Part shown: positions 53,197 through 64,000 of the stretch, one piece after another | Layout: every line of letters starts with the position of its first letter | Position numbering within the stretch: position 1 is the first letter of the stretch | From: Octopus vulgaris | Taxonomy: Eukaryota | Reading direction: 5' to 3' | Assembly (NCBI GenBank): GCA_951406725.2 | Contig: OX597815.1 | Span: forward strand, 16,926,001-16,990,000 | Length of the DNA stretch: 64,000 bases | The notes under the pieces: generated by a model | Databases searched by the model: none | What the model saw: the letters and a program-made list of their open reading frames with translations, nothing else | What the model was told of the DNA's origin: nothing | Program-made: the position numbers and the translations under genes

Positions 53197-55494
53197 CACA
53201 CATACACACACACACATATGTATATACGTATATGTGTGTGTATGCATGGGTGTATTCATGTGTATGTATGCAAAAATGTACATATATCTGCATACAGTAA
53301 AACATACATGTCTATGTGTGTATGTATGCATCTTGAATGCATTTATTTTTGAGATTTATTTGTTTTACTTCAGAACTCAAGCCGGGCACTAACAAAGTAA
53401 CAAAGCGTTTTTGTTTGAATCAAGCTAGTTCAAAGAATTTGTGAATATTAGAGTGAGTTAATGTAAGGTTATATCTAGGTGTATGTATGGATTTACTTGT
53501 ACTAATATAACGTGTGTATATGTTTCTTTAGTATGTGTATGTATGCTATATTCAGATGCGTGATTGCGTATACATGTTCATTCCTGAAAACTAAAATGAA
53601 GAATCTGTGGAAGACTTTTCGAATCTTAAGTTCATTAGCTATTCTAATGATGTCTTTTAATTTTGTGCTCGCAAGTTTAAGCAAAAATAGCTATTGAGCT
53701 TTTTGATGTATTTATGAGCGCATATTTTTTTTCTTAACTAGGAAATTCCAGCCATCACTTTCCTATCTTTTGTTTCATATGTAGTGTGTCTAGGACCACG
53801 TTGTCCCACGAGTGCTTTCTTTTCTAAGACGGTAGTGTAGGAATGTGGAGAAATGTGGCTGTTTTTTTTCTAGCAAATGGAGAATCAGCAAAACAATAAT
53901 CCAAAAGAAAAAAAAAGCCTTATTCTTTACATCATTCATTACGTAACCATTCGACCACTCTAAGAAGATTTTCATTGTTTTCTCGTATATGGTTGTTGTT
54001 TATGATCTAAGTGTTTCATCTATAACCATACGGTCTTTTGAAGTTGAATACAGCATTATATTACATAATGTGTCTTCTCATTTTTCAAGATTGACACAAA
54101 TTTGGTTGCTGCTTTTAAAGCTTTGATAATGCTGCTATAAGGTATGCTATCATCTCTGATAGTCCAACCACATTACAATTATGTACTTGAATTCTTTAAT
54201 GGTTCTTCTGATATAATTTAGTTGATTAGTAGTTACACTTAGCTATATTACATTACTTCCTCTAGCTTATATAATGTTGGCGAATGTACATCAGTCTTTT
54301 AAGAACCGTTAGAGGCACCGAGTATATATCTTATTTACAATGTTTCAATAAGTTTACTGGGCAGTATTCTTTTTAGCCTGGGTAATTTAGCTACTTTTGG
54401 GAATAAGCTGATCAAGAGCAGTATCTTTCATGCTCTCATAAAGTGAAACCAAATTTCAGCGATAAAAAGTGATAAAAATATCTGGGTCTTGGAATAAACT
54501 GCTTCTTACTTTCTCTACTAACATCTCCAGTACTGTGCTATTAATCTGATATTGTTCACCTTCAACATGTTTTCAAACAGCTCGGCTCTATTTATTCCAT
54601 CCATGCAACTACCTTATTAAACTATCACACCTTGTTTACGGAGACATCAGGTAGCTTTCAACTTGTTTTTCTGAAAGGTGTCTTTTATACAAATAGCTTC
54701 GTTTTACGCTGACGCTATTTAAGATCACTCTTAAGCAGTCTACTTAGTATTTTGCATTTACAAAATGTTTATTTGTATTTTTCTTTCCAACTGTGAATGT
54801 TAATCCTTGTTTCAGCTGACGTAGATTTAGGTTTAACGTTTCAAACTCTGTGTCTTCAAAATGCTGTAGAAAATTTCTGTTTTATTACTTTCGGATGATT
54901 TTAAATACATTATCTGTGGTACATTCTATAATTAAGACAATTTATGAAATGCTTCTTCGTAGAGAAAAAAAAATTGAAAGTTATGGACACACCTTGGCAC
55001 ACCTTGCTTAAATTATGCCTTTGTTGTTACATCGGGAGATTTACTTTTCGTATGCTGCTTTTATTCCCATTGACTGGGTACATTTTAGATATTTCTCCTA
55101 TTTGATTGACTCTATCCATTTCACATTCGAAAAACGTCTCTCATATATTAAATGACCTTGTCTTTTGCGTCAGAATTTCGTAGCTGCCAATTTGTATTTC
55201 ATTTTAAATACACGTCGATATATTCTAGACATTTCAATAAATTTTAGTTCTGATTACATTTAAAGCTATTTTCAATTTAGGAATTCATTTCTGCAAGATT
55301 TTAATTTTCAAGTCGTATCTGAGTGTACGTAATTAATTACGGTGCAACAAGTGAGGTGTCTTTACCGAAGTGTTGTTCGGTTTATTTGTTAATGCATGTA
55401 GCCTAGATAGCGTGTGATGTTTACACACACACGTACACATACATCAGGTACTCTAAAACAGTCGGAAGGACGGGGTGGGGTGGTGTGAACATGC

Positions 55495-56434
55495 AGTAAA
55501 TAGGCGATTAAAAAACACAGAGAAAAAGCAAAAGAAAAACACATGTGTAGACGTAAGAAAAAGAAGAAAAAGAGTAGTAGTATTACGTTTCGAGCATAGC
55601 TCTCCTTCGGAAATAGAAACAACAGGAAAGTCCAAGGCGAGGAAGGAAGAAAAATCGCCAATAATAACGTGCGGTTACATTTTTGAAGTGACCGGAAGTA
55701 GAAAGAATGAAAAGCTTTCTGGGACAAGAGAGTATGAAAATGATCAGTATGTGTGTGTGGTAGTATGTGTGTGTATGTATCGTAGCGTATGTGTGTGTGT
55801 TTGAGTGTATGTGTGTGGTAGCGTGTGTATGTATGGTAGAATGTGTGCCAGTGACTACGTGTGTGTGTGTGCATGGTAACGTGTGTGCGTGTGGTGGTAA
55901 CTGTGTGTGCGTGTAGTATGTGTGCTTGTGGTACGTGTGTGCGTGTGGTGTGTGCGTGGTGTGTCTGTGTGGCATCAACTGTGTGCGTGTTTGCGTAGTC
56001 TCTGTGTTTGTGAGTGTGAATGATTGTGTGGTAGGATCTGTGTGCACGTGTGTTAAAGTCGCTCTAAAAGTCATAGTGACAAGTGTGTGAATGGGTGTGT
56101 GTAGCAGTGTGTATGTGCGTGAGTTTGCATGCGTCCATAGATGGAAGAGTCAATAGTGAGTTAGACGTAGAAGCAATCTAAGGAGGATCTTAGAACGGGT
56201 GGGTGTGGGTGTGGTTGTGTGTGCGTTTGTGTGTGTGTGAGTGTGTGTGTGCACACGTAATTGTTGGCGACGTTTTCTTCCTCCTTCGTCTTGGACCATC
56301 CGGTTTCCGAAGGACAGCTATGTTCGAAACGTAAAATTCTACTCTTTTCCTTCTCTGAGAGTCTTATTAATACATTGCTTGCATTACGTCCACGCGTTTG
56401 TTGACCTTTTCTTTTGACTGTGATTTTTTGAATT

Positions 56435-56440
<6 letters not shown>
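55495..56440. mobile_element. Divergently oriented pair of hammerhead-like Penelope-type ends around a GT-rich spacer
   Basis: Minus 55495-55672 and plus 56253-56440 are homologous (cacgt.att.ttggcga..ttttcttcc...ttggac...tttCCGAAGGA.agctatg.tcGAAACGTAa). Confidence 0.6.
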
Positions 56441-56488
<48 letters not shown>

Positions 56489-56776
56489 TATTTGTTGTGC
56501 AAGATTTTTTATGTGAAGTCGTGTGTTGAAACAGATATTGTTATATTTCGGAATGGTCATATTGCCAGTTTAGCCAATATGTATATGTATAACTCCAAGA
56601 AAGTTAGGGGTTGTGGGTCCAACCCACTAAGGGATAATATCTATCCAATATACTGTTGGCAGAATGCCCAATTATTAATACTCAAGTGTTTCTTTTTATT
56701 GCATTGCAATTACATTACCGAGTGTATTAAATGGGTGAAGGTAAAGAGATATTTTATCATTAATTTATATTGCAAA

Positions 56777-57076
56777 TAAGAAAATGGAGGAGAACAATAG
56801 GTGGTTCATCAACTTTTGGACATTAAAATGTTAACTTATTTATTTATTGAACTGATAATTATAATAACATACATACATATAGCATATTATTCTATGGATA
56901 TAAAATAAGGATACATTCATGTTTTTTAATAATTACTTGTATCCTTATTTCATATGCATAGAATAATATGACATATGTATATATGTTATTATAATTATCT
57001 GTTTGATAAATAAATTAGTTAAAATTTTTAATGTCCTAAAGTTCATGAATCAACTATTGTGCTTCTCCATCTTCTT

Positions 57077-57080
<4 letters not shown>
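56777..57080. repeat. About 300-bp imperfect palindrome (~140-bp arms, ~22-bp spacer)
   Basis: 56777-56915 matches the reverse complement of 56938-57080 along its length. Confidence 0.9.
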
Positions 57081-57166
<86 letters not shown>

Positions 57167-57564
57167 GTAACAAACTGAGGAAAAGAGACCCTTCAAAGGG
57201 GTGTGTTAAACACCCAGTTCACCAATTCACTGGTATGGCAGTTGAATACCATATAAATATGGGTATAATGCAATTACAAAGATAAATTAAATAGAGAGAT
57301 ACTATTGATAATCCAATAATTTATTTATATTATGATATTACATAATATATACTATGAATATAATATAACATACATATATACATATATACATACATATAAC
57401 CTTTCATCATTTCAGTGATTGTGCTTTTTATAACGAAAATCCTCACAGATTAACTGGAAGTTCAAGTTATGCGTAATAAATGTAATAATATTAAATTATC
57501 TTTACAGGACATTAAATAATACAGGAGCTTAGAAGCTTAATTGCCTATCATATATATATATATA

Positions 57565-57915
57565 CTAGCAGTATTGCCCGGCGTTGCTCGGGTTTGTAAG
57601 GGAAATAACTATAAAGTATTTTTAGAGAGTTATAGCCAAAAAATGGAAAAGAAATGATGGTAAATTTTTTTAGTTAAAAAGGTCGAGTTGCGTCCCCTAG
57701 ACAGTCTGTGGTTTGTGTTTCTGATTCTCGACCCCATGTCGAATTTATCGATTTTTTCAGAACTGGGGGAACTTTTCAAAATTTTCGCTGCGTTAGTTTT
57801 GAATTATGACATTGGGCTATGTGTGTGTCAAGTTTCATCAGAATCGGTTGAAAGCCGTGGTCAGGGTGAGGGTACAACCTAACAGACACACAGAAACACA
57901 CACAGACAAACTGCC

Positions 57916-57920
<5 letters not shown>
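57565..57920 (-). mobile_element. Non-autonomous Helitron, copy 2, inserted in (TA)n
   Basis: Reverse complement of 795-1177, including hairpin and CTAG end (57565-57568). Confidence 0.85.
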
Positions 57921-58006
<86 letters not shown>

Positions 58007-58008
58007 TG

Positions 58009-58543
58009 TGCTACTGGTAATATGAAACCCAGTACAACTGGTTGCATGGTCGGGTCGTCGGCGACTAAACCGGCAACCCCACCAAGCTTGCTTGGTGAGG
58101 AGGGTATTTATTGGACAACCTGCGGGATGAAAAACAAAACCCGTCAAAGGGCGGAGGAACACTTGAGAGTTAACGGCCATCCAATAAATGTCTTAAGGCT
58201 GTATCATGCGCGGGGACATAGAAATAATCGGACTGAATACTCGATCGCGCGGTTAAACCATTGGGAGTGAAGGACTCATAGCCTTTGTTAGGGCATCCTT
58301 CTAGGAGAAGGTAACTCAGGTAACTGGGATAACTCCGAGATAAAACCTGCGGCTCAGTGGTTACCGATGATGTTGACTTGTTCTTCTTTTCGGATTATGG
58401 CTGCTGTTGCTTAGTGTGTGGGATTGACTCAGTGCACAGCCTTTCCTCACTTAAAAAAATTCTTCTTGCACAGGCATTGCATGATAACGAAATTGATTAA
58501 GCTTCGCGCAATGGCCATGCTCGATAACGAGGGGGCAGCCACC
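58009..58543 (+). mobile_element. Bipartite non-autonomous RTE derivative (5'UTR-like body + 3' tail) in (TATG)n
   Basis: Last ~47 bp match the 3' UTR of the 9021 and 32812 RTE copies. Body has gtcgtcggcgactaaa and ctaggagaaggtaactc, resembling RTE 5' UTR motifs. No RT coding. Confidence 0.7.
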
Positions 58544-58932
58544 ATGTATGTATGTATGTATGTATGTATGTATGTATGTATGTATGTATGTATGTATGTA
58601 TGTATGTATGTATGTGTGTGTGTGTGTGTGTGTTTGTCTCTGTGTGTGTGGGCACAATGTATGGGGAATTAGTTCACAGGTGATCTAAACGGCAAAGTTC
58701 GCTAGGTAAGTGCTGTAACGGATTACAAGGCCTCTAGGATTGTAGCCGAGATGGTAGTTATAGGACCAGTGCAGATCTCCGATAAAGCGGATATATAATC
58801 GTTAAAGAGGACAACAAACGTTAAAGCAAGGCAAATATCATAAGTCATATACATTATTATTATTGGAAAAAATTGAAAGTCTTACAATAGTTTCTGGGAT
58901 ATGCCAGAAACAGCTGTATATGTATGTATGTG

Positions 58933-59700
<768 letters not shown>

Positions 59701-59721
59701 AAACACACACACACACACACT

Positions 59722-59753
<32 letters not shown>

Positions 59754-59801
59754 TGTATATACAGTATATATGTATGAGTGTGTGTGTGTGCATGAGAGAG
59801 G

Positions 59802-59832
<31 letters not shown>

Positions 59833-60592
59833 TCTGTGCAGGTCTCCTATAAGGGAGATGAAAACGGTGACATATACATTTTAATATTTAATGTCGTACC
59901 GACACAGGAAACAGTTAAGTGAGCAATATTTTCTGACAAGTAGCTTCTCATAGCTGGAACATACAATAGATCACATAGCTACACAATAGAAGAATTTTCC
60001 ACTTGCAAAGACATGCTACGGCAGCTGGTTAAGTGAAGTGTACACTCGTACCTAATTGTCTTGAAAGGTGTTTAAATTTAGAGAAAGAACGTATGTAATC
60101 GAATTAATATTTCCGATTCAGTAGCTATAAAAATATGAACAGATAAATAAATCAAAATTTTCCAATGAAAATTATAGAAAATTTTCCAGGATTCATCTAC
60201 GATATTTCTTTTAACCACCACAGGTTCCATTATTCTACATGCCAAGTTCCAATGTGAATAGAATGGCATAAAATACATTAATCAGTTGTAATTTGATTGG
60301 AAAAATGCATGGAAAATTTGAATTGAAATGTATTTTGTCATTATAGCCCGTGTAATGACGGAATACTTTGTGATGGGTTTGTCGAACAGGATATTATGAA
60401 AGGCGTATAATAATATATGTTATGAAATATAGCATTAGACAAACCAAGTACGCAGAGACAAGGTTTTTACTGAATGCAATACAATTTTAAGGAGTAGTGG
60501 ATAAGAATTCTTAATGGTTTTAGTTTCATTACAAATATTCCCCGTACTCCCCACACGAAAACCGTTAGCAGCTACGCAGACTCACGTATTCA

Positions 60593-60790
<198 letters not shown>

Positions 60791-60944
60791 CAAATAAGAG
60801 TAGAAATTGATATTAATCAATTAAAGCCAGTGGCCTAGCATATTTAAAAAAATCCGAAGATTAAAAATTTTTTTCGTGGAAAATGGCGATTTTGACGTTT
60901 ATATCTAGCTTACAGGCTGTCCATTTTTAGTGGTCAATCCTCTA

Positions 60945-61000
<56 letters not shown>

Positions 61001-61979
61001 GTACCATTGTGTAAAGAAAGATCAGAAAAGTACTCAATACAGTACTTTAAGTAAATGTGATAGAATTAATAGCAAAAAGAAAAACGAAAATAGTAAAATA
61101 GTAAAACCGCTGAAAATCTTATATTTTCCCAGTTATACATATGCACACACATGAATACATAGGTAGATTAATCAACTCTTAAGTGGCGTTGGTTTGCGTC
61201 GGCGAGACTTGTATAGTTTTTATAAAATCGACAGAGAATACAGTGGACTTGCCATGGGGTATGGAAAATCCAACGTTTCGGACAAACTACTTTTTTGCCA
61301 GGAAATATGGAACATAAAATGCTCCGTTGAATTTTTAGTCAATACTGATTTACTTTACTTATATCTTATAAAAGATAAAACTTTTTATCATTTCAGTGGT
61401 TAACCTTTTTAAAACGAAAATCCTCACAGATTAACAGGAAGCTCAAGTTAAGCGTAATGAATGAAATAATGTTAAATTATCTTTGCAGGTCATTAAATAA
61501 TACAGGTGCTTAATTGCCTCTTATATGCATAAGCTATTTCTGAATTTGTTTTTACTCCCAATCTCAGATAAATGATTTTATGCCTTGTTAACATGAATAT
61601 TAAACTCAATTCTCCGAAAAAATTCTATAACTTCAGGTTTTCAAGGAATTTTTTAGAAGGATTTTTCATATGCTTTTCTGTTTTCTTTAAACATAGCTCT
61701 AGGTTATTATATCTAAATTATTAGTACTTAACTTACAGCAGCTGTTTAGCAAGTGAACAGATAGGAACAATAGTATATAACATTACTATTGTAAGAAAGA
61801 GCACGCTACCTGCTAACTTAATTGCAATGTAAATACAATAATCAGCATATTTGTCACTATGATTCGTTCACTATGATTCATTTCTGTTTAATTTCTGATT
61901 TTCACTTTCAAGAACTACTCTTAAGTGATTTATCTATTGTACTAACTACATAAGTGGAACTTTGTCGTATTATTTATAT

Positions 61980-62064
<85 letters not shown>

Positions 62065-62292
62065 ACACACACACATATATAAGAGATAATCGTGCTATTG
62101 AGACCCAAAAGTGACAGGTAATGCTGAATAAGTGCTATAGACAGACCATAGTTAAGTTCCAGATTCAGTAATTTTACGAATAAAGGGTTCAACGTTGGTT
62201 CTACGTCAGCGTGTGTATATATGAATTTTTTGCGTAATGAGATAAAAAAACCACAAGGCTGTATAGATATTAGAGCATTTATAGATAGAAGG

Positions 62293-62342
62293 TCTTACAG
62301 CTGTTTCGAGGATATTAATTTATAATATCCCTTCATCGGAGA
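62293..62342 (-). ncRNA. Minimal hammerhead-like motif in element 62080-62345
   Basis: tct-CCGATGA-ag ggatatta taaat taatatcc tc-GAAA-CAGCTG-TA-aga; 8-bp stem II and palindromic stem III region. Confidence 0.6.
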
Positions 62343-63599
62343 AGGGATATTAACTGTAATATATTAACTGCTGAAGTTTACAACGTAACCTGAATACACC
62401 TCTGAAGGCTTAATTTTAATTGGTATGTTTTCTGCTTTATGAGTACATCTCGAATTGGTTGAATCGTTAGAAAGTCGAAAGATATGCCTTGCAGTAATTA
62501 TTGTGACTCCTTCTTGGGATCAATAAAATGATTTACCGGTCTAGGACAGGGAACTGACAGAGTCTTTAGATCACCAGGTAGGTTACCTAATGGGATTTGT
62601 TCCTAATCTTGTTCAAATCCTACTGCATCTACGCCGGTGGTAGATTTACTCTGTCACCCGATTTCACATCGGCACTTAATCCTTGGATGACATTAACATT
62701 TGAAACAGACTTCCCGTTTGGAGATCTCTTCCTTCTATGAATGTCGGAGACCCTACAAAGCTGTTATGGACACTGTCCTCCCCTCCTAACTAAAACAAAG
62801 GACTAAAATACCCTCTACCCATTTTCTATGATAAAGAGCGCTCAAGACTGCAATGCCTTTCATTACAACGTTGATTTATGGATTACATCGACAACAGCAT
62901 TGTAATTCTGAGCTTACTTTCTGAACGCACCAAATGCCATTCAAAAGATTGATTCTGTTTGTGGTTGTTTATTTATTTGATATTATTGAAACTGACATTT
63001 GCTGCTTTATTTCTGGATCGTGACATAAAAAATAACATTACCTGAATAAAATAAAGAATTACAAAAATTGTAAAGTTCGAGCTTGTAACTGAAAAAATAA
63101 ACACGTAGAAAATATAAAGAAGATTTGGATAAGAACTGAAATAAAGAATTCATGAGAATATTACCATTTCCACTCCATACAAAAATACAATAAGCAAAAT
63201 AAAAACAAAACCCATTCAGATTAAGACAATAATGAAAATTGTTATTGAAGTGACACAATGTTTAAACGTATTGTTTCAACATTCCAGGCTGTCTTGGTGG
63301 AGGACGTTCGGAGTATTATATTCTTTTCAGTATCAGCTAATGTAGCAGAAAAAAAAACAACAACAAAAACCAAAAACAAAGGGATTATTTTGGTTATCAA
63401 ATGACACTCAGTCGACCAAATACTGCTATATTTATTTTACTTTTACTAAATTATTTTATTTCAAAAAATTGATATTCACCTTTAATTTTTTAGAAATAAA
63501 AGAAATTTTGACTGATTAGGTTATCCTTCTCACTTTTTAAATAAGAAAACATAATTATGACATGTTTTAATTAAAAGATTATCAGGAAAGAGTTACATA

Positions 63600-63960
63600 T
63601 GGCGATGACAGTATAAAAGAAACTAGTGTTCATTCTTCGATGCTAGAGATTGCTTCATCTGCCTTACCTATATCTACTAAATCTTCTAACATTCTAGAGA
63701 GCCTAACCGAGTTTCATAATGGAGGACTGCAACCTCGTTTAGAAAGTTGATTTTGTACCTCATAGACATTTTGAATCTAATCAAAAGAAAGGCCAAGCGA
63801 ATGTATGACATAAAGTCGCTCATAAACACACAACCTTTGGCAGCCTACTCGGTGATATGTCTGTCAATATTATAGTGGATTATTCACCTCGGATCTATCT
63901 AGGTTTAGACTACTCGAACACAAGCTTCCCGGCCCTTTCGTCTCGTCTCTCTTTCTCACG
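63600..63960 (+). pseudogene. Degraded post-RT region of a CR1/Jockey-like LINE
   Basis: KKLVFILR...IMEDCNL...IDILNLIKRKAKRMYDIKSLINTQPLA...YYSGLFTSDLS across frameshifts. Confidence 0.45.
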
Positions 63961-64000
63961 TCCTCACATATTTTGATACATACATACATACTTACATATA

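Overview
AT-rich, microsatellite-saturated animal DNA. The SINE families look like those of octopus (cephalopod mollusc); this is an inference from family recognition, not a database search. I cannot support any intact host protein-coding gene, and almost all long ORFs in the track are translated microsatellites. The window is a transposon landscape: (i) more than 10 copies of a Nin/Deu-domain SINE, several as head+unit+unit dimers inside one TSD; (ii) Meta-domain and other tRNA-derived SINEs; (iii) RTE-clade LINE pieces, namely two 3' ends encoding three C2H2 fingers in (TATG)n, a bipartite non-autonomous derivative with the same tail, and a 5'-inverted (twin-primed-like) copy in (TAA)n; (iv) R4/Dong fragments, one in (TAA)n; (v) two copies of a non-autonomous Helitron and a third Helitron-like 3' end; (vi) two copies of a GG-ended MITE with 8-bp TSD carrying TTAGGG repeats; (vii) a degenerate Penelope GIY-YIG; (viii) about 9 minimal hammerhead-ribozyme-like motifs in short Penelope-type elements, one fused to a tRNA-like Pol III head; (ix) several long foldbacks. 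The most interesting candidates are the tRNA-head + hammerhead element, the variant-core hammerheads, the (TATG)n-associated zinc-finger RTE with its non-autonomous partner, and the SINE dimers whose units share locus-private variants.
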